Shown in pieces: positions 29,174 to 37,208 of a DNA stretch of 64,000 nucleotides (its first letter is position 1; each line of letters begins with the position of its first letter). Under the pieces are notes generated by a model that saw nothing but the letters and a program-made list of their open reading frames with translations, was not told the origin of the DNA and searched no databases. The stretch comes from Gammaproteobacteria bacterium (GTDB lineage Bacteria > Pseudomonadota > Gammaproteobacteria > JAUZRS01): assembly GCA_030949385.1 (NCBI GenBank), contig JAUZSP010000006.1:64121-128120 (forward strand), given 5' to 3'. Both the position numbers and the translations under genes were made by a program.

Positions 29174-29789
29174 GGCGTTTATTAATGGCTTGTTGCCCTT
29201 GGGTGATCTGGTGCCCGTTGTTGAGGGGTTACAGGCGGACTTCCTTAAGGGTCTGCTTCCAGATGAAGCCGATGGTCAGGTTCACCGTGTGGCGGGTCGT
29301 TTTGCGTTGGTGGCGGCGGCGGGTGAGCTGGCCACTCGATTTAAGATCACCGGCTGGCCAACAGGTGAGGCCAGTAAGGGAGTAAAGAGCTGCTTTAACG
29401 ATTGGTTAAAAGAGCGCGGCGGTCACGGAGCACAGGAAGAGAGAGAGGCTTTAAAACAGGTTCGCCACTTTATCGAGGTTCACGGGGAGTCGCGGTTCTC
29501 TCCTTGGGTGCAAGATGAGCGATACCGCAGCACCAGCAACCGAGCGGGTTTCCGTAAGCACTTGGAGGGTGGCGGGGTGGAGTATTACATTTTGAGAGAA
29601 AGCTTTAAGCGTGACGTGTGTGACGGCTTGGATTGGCGTTTTGTTGTCGAAGTCTTGAAAAAACACGAATGGCTTGTTCTGGATTCAAAAGGGGGAGCGA
29701 CACGCCCCGAACGCTTGCCAGAAGGAGGCCGTCAGCGGTGTTACCGTTTAAAAATTCCTGAGCTGGTGGAGATGCGCGCAGTTTCATAG
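29061..29789 (+). pseudogene. Frameshifted C-terminal continuation of the primase-helicase (DUF927 C-terminal region)
   Basis: The frame is open from 29061 and overlaps the end of the 740-aa ORF. The sequence ..AGRFALVAAAGELATRFKITGWPTGEA.. resembles the conserved C-terminal part of DUF927 primase-helicases. The frame switch lies near 29100-29125. Confidence 0.55.
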
Positions 29790-29860
29790 GGTTATGTTGG
29801 ATTGGTTCGACGGGACTTAAAAGCGGCTATTTGGCCGTTTTTTTGTGCCCATGACAAAAT

Positions 29861-30098
29861 CTGTCACGCCTGTCACGCCGTGACACACCCGTAGCGTGAC
29901 AGCCAAAATAGCATATAACATATTGATATTAAATAAGTTATTTGGATCTGTCACGCCGTCACGCCTGTCACGACACCTTTTAGCAGCAAAGTGAAAAAAC
30001 CAATCTGAAAATCCTCACACCTCACATAAATACTATTTAAAATCCCTGTAAATATGAGATGCTTTGAAAATGGTTTTTTATGTGTGGCAGTGTGACAA
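29861..30098. repeat. Right, inverted copy of the roughly 245-bp iteron-containing repeat
   Basis: Reverse complement aligns with 26131-26375 at about 90% identity. TGTCACGCC iterons at 29861-29902 and 29948-29972 flank an AT-rich spacer. Confidence 0.8.
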
Positions 30099-30202
30099 AT
30101 AAACTGCTTTAAGGTACTAGGTAGGGAATTTGGTTTGCGGGTAATTCGAACCCCGCTTAGACGTTATTTACCACCTTATTCAAAATAAACGGGTTCGGGG
30201 CA

Positions 30203-30451
30203 TTAGCCTACCTTGCGGATTTCTTCACGAATAACGCGGCGTAGAACAGCCTCTAATGGTTCTTTGCCCTCTACGCTTTGGATGTGTTGTTGTAGGGCTG
30301 CATTAATCAGTGATTGATAGTTACCACCACCGGCCACTTGATCCCGAAACCATTGCACCACGTCACTGTCAAGACGGATGGTGATTCGTTCCTTATTGCT
30401 TTGGATCACAGCGCCCCGTTGGGCGTTATTGAAGTCGTAATGTTCTCTCAT
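30203..30451 (-). CDS. brnA: BrnA antitoxin (RHH/DUF4415) of a type II toxin-antitoxin pair
   Basis: 82 aa. ..ERITIRLDSDVVQWF..GGNYQSLINAAL.. matches the BrnA family. It starts 4 bp after the brnT stop. Confidence 0.7.
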   Translation of the reverse strand: MREHYDFNNAQRGAVIQSNKERITIRLDSDVVQWFRDQVAGGGNYQSLINAALQQHIQSVEGKEPLEAVLRRVIREEIRKVG

Positions 30452-30454
30452 GGC

Positions 30455-30727
30455 TTAGCCCTCGTACTGTTTGCGTTCTTGCCTATTGGCCTTTCTGGCA
30501 GAGATGATGCGGATAACATCCCCTATTTTGTGCAGGTTTACCACCAGCAAAACACGCCCTTGAAAATCCATGCCAAGCGTTAAGAGGCGCGCCTCTTGGT
30601 GGTTGTGATCTGGGTCGGTTTGGGTCAGTGCCATATCATCGTAAAAGACTCCCACCGCATCGGCAAAATCCACACCGTGCTTATTTAGGTTGGTGTGGCG
30701 TTTGTTTTCATCCCATTCAAAGTTCAT
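30455..30727 (-). CDS. brnT: BrnT ribonuclease toxin (DUF497)
   Basis: 90 aa. MNFEWDENKRHTNLNKHGVDFADAVGVFYDD matches the canonical BrnT N-terminus. Confidence 0.75.
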   Translation of the reverse strand: MNFEWDENKRHTNLNKHGVDFADAVGVFYDDMALTQTDPDHNHQEARLLTLGMDFQGRVLLVVNLHKIGDVIRIISARKANRQERKQYEG

Positions 30728-30920
30728 GGGTTGAGTGTATGCCGGTTGTGCATACAGTCAAGTATCCTTTAGATGGGGTGGTGTTACTGCCCTGTGGGGC
30801 ACTCATGGGACACTAGACCAGCAAAAACAGGGGTAAACGTGAACAAGTGGAAACAATGGGTTGCCATTAACTTATTGATTTAATTCTTTTTTTATTGTTC
30901 TTGGTTGTTCTGGATTATTC

Positions 30921-30973
30921 GTTGTTCGAAACTTTTAATTAGGTGGTCGAAGGTTCGAATCCTTCACGGCCCA
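30921..30973 (+). repeat. attR: second copy of the 53-bp tRNA-Lys 3'-half repeat
   Basis: ACTTTTAATTAGGTGGTCGAAGGTTCGAATCCTTCACGGCCCACCATATTTTT; 52/53 identical to 23318-23370. Confidence 0.85.
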
Positions 30974-31071
30974 CCATATTTTTAAACGCTGTTCTTAGCG
31001 TTGATTCTTTCATTTTATTTTGCCTTAATAGGCTACCTTTCCGGTACGATCATTGACTCACTTTTTTATCT

Positions 31072-31782
31072 GTGGAGTTATCATGTCTCGTCCAAAAAAA
31101 TCTTCCTAGTTTACCATCGGCAGAAGAGGCTTTATCTGGCAGAGATCAAGCCCTCATTGTTGATGATGCGCATTTTGTGCATGGCCACACTTTAACAGCA
31201 CCTTTTCCTGAGCAGATGCAGCTGGCGATGTTTGGTTTGGGCTGTTTTTGGGGGGCTGAAAAACGCTTTTGGCAAGAGCTCGGTGTGTTCAGTACCGCTG
31301 TGGGTTATGCCGCTGGCCACACTAAAAATCCGACCTATCATGAGGTGTGCAGTGGAGCTACGGCGCACAACGAAGTGGTGCAGGTGGTGTTTGATCCAGA
31401 ACAGCTCTCTTACCAGCGTCTGCTGGAGCTGTTTTGGACGGGGCATAATCCCACTCAAGGTGATCGCCAAGGTAACGATGTGGGTAGCCAATATCGTTCT
31501 GGAATTTACTGTTTTAATGCTGATCAGCAGGCTTTAGCGGAAGCTTCAAAACAGCGTTATCAGGATGCCTTGTCTTCACAGGGGTTGGCTGAAATTACCA
31601 CTGAAATCATTCCAGCACCGCTTTTTTATTATGCAGAGTCCTATCATCAGCAGTACTTGGCAAAAAATCCGCAGGGTTATTGTGGTTTGGGGGGGGTGTG
31701 GCGTCGATTTTCCGCAGTAATACCGTTCAATACTTCGGACAGTTTTAGAGAGAAAAAGATAGGAACCACAGGCGGATTCTGA
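31072..31782 (+). CDS. msrA: Peptide methionine sulfoxide reductase MsrA, with its C-terminus altered by an IS insertion
   Basis: FGLGCFWGAE active-site motif and alignment to E. coli MsrA throughout. The last roughly 19 codons are read from IS sequence starting at 31727. Confidence 0.85.
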   Translation: MELSCLVQKNLPSLPSAEEALSGRDQALIVDDAHFVHGHTLTAPFPEQMQLAMFGLGCFWGAEKRFWQELGVFSTAVGYAAGHTKNPTYHEVCSGATAHNEVVQVVFDPEQLSYQRLLELFWTGHNPTQGDRQGNDVGSQYRSGIYCFNADQQALAEASKQRYQDALSSQGLAEITTEIIPAPLFYYAESYHQQYLAKNPQGYCGLGGVWRRFSAVIPFNTSDSFREKKIGTTGGF

Positions 31783-33046
31783 GAAAATAGAGTTCTCAAA
31801 AAACGACAATCAAAGAAGGCCGCCCGTGGAATCCATAGTAGAATCGGTTTTACTCTCCATGTCCAGTGTTAAAAAACCACAACGTCTTTTTCTCTCAGCT
31901 CTGTTTTCCGCATTGATGGTTTTTCAAGGGAAAGCCACTTTTCGTAATTTGAGTCGTTACAGTTCGTTGCATGAAAAACGTCTGTCGCGTTGGTTTCGAC
32001 GTTCATTTGATTTTGCACAATTCAACAGACGCCTACTTCAAAAAGGGCTGCCACAAAAGCACGATCAAATTGCCGCCATTGATGCCAGCTTTATGAAAAA
32101 AAGTGGTCAGAAAACAGCAGGGTTGGGTTGGTTTTACAACGGCGCTTTGGGGCAAGCCATGGTGGGGTTGGAGTTGTCGTTGGTTTGCCGAATTGATCTT
32201 CAAAGTCGAACCGCTTACGCGCTGGAGGCTCGCCAAACGTTGGACTCGGAACAGAAAGAGGGTGAGAGCCGAGTGGACTGCTACGCGAAACAGGTTTGTG
32301 ACCTTGCCTGTGATCTTCAAGCGCAAGGCATTCGCTACCTTACCGCAGACGCCTACTACAGCAAGGTGAAGTTTGTCGATGCGGTCTGTTCAGATGACTT
32401 ACACCTGATTGGAAAGCTGCGTTCAGATGCCAACCTAAGCTGGTATTTTGAGGGCGAGTACGGTGGCAAAGGACGTCCTAAAACGTACGATGGTAAAGTC
32501 AATTTCCAAACGGAGCTGTCCCGTTTTGATGCGTGTGGCGTAATGGATAAGGGGGTATCGATTTACAGCGCCGTGGTTCACTCGTGTTGTTTCAAACGGA
32601 AAATCCGTGTGGTGCTGCTGCGATGGGAGCAGAAGACAAAAGTCCGTTCGGCTCTGCTGTTTTCTACGGATTCGGAGTTGGCTCCAGAAAAGATTGTCGA
32701 ATATTACACCGCTCGTTTTCAGATTGAATTTTTGTTTCGTGAAGCTAAGCAACATACGGGTTTAATGGATTGCCAAGCGCGTTGCCCAGAGGCCATTCAA
32801 ACTCATATTAATGCCTCGTTCACCGCACTGAATTTATTGAAGCTGGAAGACCGTAAGGACAAGAGCAACCCTGAGCCTTCGGTGATTTCGATTGCCTCGT
32901 GGCGACGTAAGAAATTCAATCAATATTTGATGAAAATACTTTTTGACAAGTTAGGTTTGGAGAGATCTTGTCAAAAAGTCGAGGCGGTTTACCATGAGCT
33001 GAGTGAGTATGGGGCTATTCAGGTTTAAAACTGTCCGAAGTATTGA
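31727..33046 (+). mobile_element. IS701-like insertion sequence (IS4 superfamily), 1320 bp
   Basis: 21-bp perfect terminal inverted repeats TCAATACTTCGGACAGTTTTA (31727-31747 and 33026-33046). A 4-bp direct duplication CCGT at 31723-31726 and 33047-33050. A single transposase ORF. Confidence 0.75.
31826..33028 (+). CDS. DDE transposase (IS701/IS4-like)
   Basis: 400 aa with a DDE_Tnp_1-like organisation (..AIDASFMKKSG.. ... DAYY ... EFLFREAKQHTG). It lies between the inverted repeats. Confidence 0.65.
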   Translation: MESIVESVLLSMSSVKKPQRLFLSALFSALMVFQGKATFRNLSRYSSLHEKRLSRWFRRSFDFAQFNRRLLQKGLPQKHDQIAAIDASFMKKSGQKTAGLGWFYNGALGQAMVGLELSLVCRIDLQSRTAYALEARQTLDSEQKEGESRVDCYAKQVCDLACDLQAQGIRYLTADAYYSKVKFVDAVCSDDLHLIGKLRSDANLSWYFEGEYGGKGRPKTYDGKVNFQTELSRFDACGVMDKGVSIYSAVVHSCCFKRKIRVVLLRWEQKTKVRSALLFSTDSELAPEKIVEYYTARFQIEFLFREAKQHTGLMDCQARCPEAIQTHINASFTALNLLKLEDRKDKSNPEPSVISIASWRRKKFNQYLMKILFDKLGLERSCQKVEAVYHELSEYGAIQV

Positions 33047-33298
33047 CCGTTGATAATCTGATAAATGTGACAAACCATCTGGTACGACTTATTTTTATGC
33101 TTGGATGAAGGGCGCTCTCTGGGCTAGTCTTTATGCTTTAGAAGTTTTAAGGCCGTCGTAAGGTAGAGTGGTTTACTCTACTTAATTCAGTTTTTTGCAA
33201 CTTCTATCCAGTGTGGCGTTAGGATAAACCTCTGTAGGTTTGTGCTGTAATAGATTGAATCATCTATATAAATAGAAATTCAGTTTTGGATAGATTGC

Positions 33299-34078
33299 AT
33301 GGAGTGCGTTTTAATGATTGATGAGGCTTTGGCGTTTCGTCTGGGTCAGGAAAGCCCCGGTTTTTACGGCAAAATTCCCGTTAGGGGTGATTTTGTGTCG
33401 CGCCGCTTGGCGCAGCATTTTGTTGAACCTTGGGATCATTGGTTGCAAGAGTCTTTGCTCTCCAGTCAGGAGCAGTTGGCGGATGACTGGTTGGATGTCT
33501 ACCTGACCAGCCCTGTGTGGCGTTTTGTGATGACCAAAGGGGTCTGTGGTTCTCTGCCGTGGGCGGGAGTGGTGATGCCGAGTGTGGATCGAATGGGGCG
33601 TTATTTTCCTTTCACCCTTGCGACTCCGTTGGCCGAAGGGGTGAATCCGTTTCGAATGATGCAGTCGGGAGGGGCGTGGTACGCACAAGCAGAAACCTTG
33701 GCGCTTTCCAGCCTCCGCGAAGGCTTTGAACTGGAAGAGTTTGACCAGCAATTGAAACGTTTACGAGTGCCGAAAAGTGCCGCTAAAGAGACGGTACACA
33801 ACGGCATAATGGGGGTTTCGTCCGCTTGGCATATCTCATTAGCGGCACCGTCGAGTTTGGCGGGTGCTTGTTCTGAGTTGGCAAATCAGGCTCTGGAAGA
33901 GCTTTATTTTGGCTACAGCCTCTGGTGGAGCCACGGTTCCGAGCAGGTGGAACCTTCTTTTTTAGTATGTCAGGGATTACCCCCGACAACAGGCTTTGCA
34001 GCCATGTTGGGAGGAGACTGGGAAAATGCAGATTGGCAGAAGAGAAGCGTTACCTCTGCCCACGGTGATGGATTTTGA
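33299..34078 (+). CDS. tagF: TagF (DUF2094) type VI secretion-associated protein
   Basis: 259 aa. GFYGKIPVRGDFVSRRLAQHFVEPWDHWLQESL is close to the P. aeruginosa TagF N-terminus (WYGKLPSLGDFVSRRLP..FV.PWD.WLQ). ..SVDRMGRYFPF.. is also conserved. Confidence 0.7.
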   Translation: MECVLMIDEALAFRLGQESPGFYGKIPVRGDFVSRRLAQHFVEPWDHWLQESLLSSQEQLADDWLDVYLTSPVWRFVMTKGVCGSLPWAGVVMPSVDRMGRYFPFTLATPLAEGVNPFRMMQSGGAWYAQAETLALSSLREGFELEEFDQQLKRLRVPKSAAKETVHNGIMGVSSAWHISLAAPSSLAGACSELANQALEELYFGYSLWWSHGSEQVEPSFLVCQGLPPTTGFAAMLGGDWENADWQKRSVTSAHGDGF

Positions 34079-34859
34079 CGGTGGTGAATTAGGTTTGTAC
34101 TGGAACTCAGCCGCTATCACCCACATGGGAAAGGTTAGAAATAATAATGAGGACGCTTATTTGGAGCGTCCAGAAGTGGGTTTGTGGGTGGTTGCTGATG
34201 GCATGGGTGGTCACGCCTACGGTGAATTGGCCAGTCAATGGATTGTGGAGTCACTGCAAAGCCTAGAACCGCCGTTGGGATTCGGTGCTTATGTCCGTGA
34301 GGTAAAACGTGCCCTGTTGGGAGTAAATGAGCGTCTGTTGGCAGAGGCGCAGCGCCGAGGTAAAACAACCATTGGCAGTACGGTGGTTGTGTTGCTGGCG
34401 TGGCGTCAGTATTGTGTTTATCTGTGGGCCGGAGACAGCCGAGCGTATTTGTTGCGCAACAAACGTTTGCGTTCTTTGACTTGGGATCACGGTCCACTGG
34501 AAGAGTTTGTTGCTCGCGGTTTGGTGAGTCGTGAAGAGTCCGACAGTTATGTGGATTCCAATGCCATCACTCGAGCGGTGGGAGCGTCTAAGCGGTTGGA
34601 GTTGGATTGCCATATTCAGGCCGTTTGCCGAGGCGATGTTTTTTTACTCTGTAGTGACGGTCTCTATCGAGAGATTGAAAACGCGGAGATTGAAGCGTTG
34701 TTGAATCAAGGTTCACCCCAAGAGAGTGCGGAGGCTTTGGTGACCTTGGCACTCTCTCGTGGCGCGCGAGATAATGTGACGGTCGTGGTGGCTGCTGCTG
34801 GCAGTGGCCGGGGGTTGCAGACCGTAGAGCGCTCTAACGTGATTGATTTTGCGATGTGA
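34068..34859 (+). CDS. pppA: PP2C-family Ser/Thr protein phosphatase (PppA-like)
   Basis: The ATG at 34068 overlaps the tagF stop (ATGGATTTTGA). PP2C motifs: ..VADGMGGHAYGELAS.., ..GSTVVVLLA.., ..AGDSRAYL.., ..LLCSDGL... Confidence 0.75.
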   Translation: MDFDGGELGLYWNSAAITHMGKVRNNNEDAYLERPEVGLWVVADGMGGHAYGELASQWIVESLQSLEPPLGFGAYVREVKRALLGVNERLLAEAQRRGKTTIGSTVVVLLAWRQYCVYLWAGDSRAYLLRNKRLRSLTWDHGPLEEFVARGLVSREESDSYVDSNAITRAVGASKRLELDCHIQAVCRGDVFLLCSDGLYREIENAEIEALLNQGSPQESAEALVTLALSRGARDNVTVVVAAAGSGRGLQTVERSNVIDFAM

Positions 34860-34886
34860 TTAATCGCTGATTGATGAGCAAAAAAA

Positions 34887-34917
34887 GCCGAGATCGAATG
34901 ATCTCGGCTTTTTTTTT
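34887..34917. terminator. Strong bidirectional Rho-independent terminator
   Basis: AAAAAAA-GCCGAGATC-gaat-GATCTCGGC-TTTTTTTTT. A perfect 9-bp stem flanked by A7 and T9. Confidence 0.85.
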
Positions 34918-35017
34918 GGCTGAACATCTCTGATGTTCTCTTAGCTGCCGTGGCGGTTTGCTGGCGGGAAATCTGGTTGTATACTGCTGCGCTCCCCCTT
35001 CTCTTGGAAACGGATTC

Positions 35018-37208
35018 ATGCAACAACTGCAACAGATCGAAGCCATCGAAAAACGTCTTTGGAAAGCAGCCGATACCTTGCGCTCCAACTCCGAACTGGC
35101 GAGCAACGAATATTTTATGCCGGTGATGGGGTTGGTGTTTTTGCGTCACGCTTACAGCCGTTTTCTTGCGGTCAAGGCTGAGATTGAGAAAACCCTGCCC
35201 AGTCGGGGTGGAAAAACTCGTGCATTAAGCAAAGATGATTTTGCTGGTCGGGGGGGCGATTTTTCTCCGTGAAGAGGCGCAGTTTGATTATTTGGTGGCG
35301 CTGAGTGATGAAGTTGATTGTACGCAAGCGGTCATTGCGGCGATGAACTCCATTGAGGAGGATTACACGGGGCTAAAGAAGCAGTTACCAAAAGAGGAGT
35401 ATCAAGGGATCTCCAGTGAGGTGGTGCGGCAGTTGTTGCGCAGTCTCAACCCAGAAGAGTTAAAGCAGGCCGATGGGGATATTTTTGGCCGTATCTATGA
35501 GTACTTCTTGACTCAGTTTGCTGACCAGGGGGCGCACGATGGCGGTGAGTTTTTTACTCCGATCTCTTTGGTGCAGATGATCGTTAATGTGATCGAGCCT
35601 CATAAGGGCAAAATTTTAGACCCTGCCTGTGGTTCTGGTGGCATGTTTGTGCAGAGTGCACATTTTGTCGATCAGCAGAAAAAGGAGTCTCATGATGCCT
35701 TGACCTTTTACGGTCATGAGAAAAACCCCACCACAACCCGTTTGGCGAAGATGAATCTACGGGTGCATGGTCTGGAAGGCGAGGTTGCTGGGGGCAGTGA
35801 GGCGATCACCTACTACAATGACCCGCATGATTTGGTGGGCGATGTTGATTTTGTGATGGCCAACCCGCCTTTCAATGTGGATGAGGTGGATGCGAGCAAA
35901 ATTGAAACGGATGCACGCCTGCCGTTCGGTTTGGCAGGAGTAAATAAAGGCGGCAAGGTTTCTAACGGTAATTACCTTTGGATTTCCTATTTTTACAGCT
36001 ACCTGAATGAGACAGGCCGTGCGGGGTTTGTGATGTCGTCGCAATCGTCCAGTGCTGGAGGGGCTGAGGCAAAGGTGCGTCAAGCGTTGATTGAGACCGG
36101 CCATGTGGATCTGATGATTGACATCCGTTCTAACTTTTTCTACACCCGTTCGGTGCCCTGTCAGCTCTGGTTTTTGAATAAGGGCAAGCCTGAGGCGCAT
36201 AAAGATAAGGTGTTGATGATTGATGCGCGGCAGGTTTACCGTCAAGTGACGCGCAAGATTTACGACTTTAGCCCTGAGCAGTTGGCCAATTTAAACAGCA
36301 TTGTTTGGCTTTATCGCGGTGAGTCTGGGCGGTTTATTGAGTTGGTGCAGAGTCACATTCAGAAGGCGCTGGATCATGCGTGGCTTGCCTTTGCTCTGGA
36401 GTATGAAGAGGAGGTGGTTGTTGAGAAAGGCGGTTCGAAAGAGATCAAGATCGTTGAATATAATCCAATTTTTGTCTCGGTTGAGTTGTTGCAGAAGATT
36501 GAGAAGGCCATTACGCCTTTCTATAAGCAGCAAACCGCCGCGCTACAAGAGGACTTAAAAGCGTTTTCGGACAAAGTGGTTCTGCTGAGTGCGGAGAGTA
36601 AAACCTTTGAGGCGCTGGTGGATCAGGTCACGAAACAGTGGGGAGCTGGCACCTTTAAGACGGCGAAGTCGTTAAACAAGCTGATCGCTGATGGGGGTAA
36701 GGTGGCGCAGTTGGCGGAGCGCAGTCGTGATTTTATGGCTGAGTTGGAGTCGGTTTGTAAAGCGTCGAACGGTCTGTTTGAGAACGCTGAGAAGGTGTTA
36801 AAGGCGAAGAAGGTCAAGAAAAGTAAGCTTTGGGATCGGGTGGCCTTGCTCAGTGGCAAGGAGAGTTTAAAAAAACGCTTGGAGAGGATGCGAGGGGATG
36901 CGGTGGAGCAGTTGAAGCAGGTGAGCTATTTTCATCAGCAGGCGTTGTGGTTGTTGAGCCGTTTCCCTGAGGCGAAGTTGGTGGATGTGGCAGGGCTGGT
37001 GAGGTTGGTGGATCAAACGGAGCTGGCGGCGAATGATTGGAGCCTGACCCCGGGGCGTTATGTGGGGGTGGCGGCTGAGGAAGAGGAAGAAGGATTTGAT
37101 TTTGCCGTGAGCCTGCGGGAGATTCACCGTGAGTTGGAGGGGTTAAATAAAGAAGCGGTAACGCTGGCTGAAAAAATAGCCCAGAACTTTAAGGGGCTGG
37201 GGGTATGA
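35018..37208 (+). pseudogene. hsdM: Type I restriction-modification DNA methyltransferase subunit HsdM, frameshifted in a G7 tract (possible phase-variable tract or an assembly error)
   Basis: N-terminus MQQLQQIEAIEKRLWKAADTLR (HsdM N-terminal domain) in one frame up to ..KDDFAGRGG. The main body (..LDPACGSGGMF.. and the NPPF motif) is in the +1 frame from 35235. The switch falls exactly in GGGGGGG at 35250-35256. Confidence 0.8.

Larger units (their letters stand above)
23288..30973 (+). mobile_element. About 7.7-kb integrative element inserted at the 3' end of tRNA-Lys (P4-like or PICI-like satellite, or a mobilisable island with its own replication module)
   Basis: tRNA-Lys is followed by a tyrosine integrase. 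A 53-bp direct repeat of the tRNA 3' half lies at 23318-23370 and again at 30921-30973 with 1 mismatch. The cargo is int, alpA, primase-helicase, iteron-rich origin-like repeats and brnTA. No structural phage genes are present. Confidence 0.8.

Noticed and set aside
30921-30973. Second tRNA-like sequence
   Set aside because: It is only the 3' half of tRNA-Lys (anticodon loop to CCA), with no 5' half. It is the attR direct repeat, not a gene.
31000-31195. 64-aa ORF upstream of msrA
   Set aside because: It overlaps the msrA start region in another frame. The MsrA N-terminus aligns with E. coli from the ATG at 31072.
33311-33751. 146-aa minus-strand ORF
   Set aside because: Antisense to tagF. 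R/H-rich low-complexity translation.
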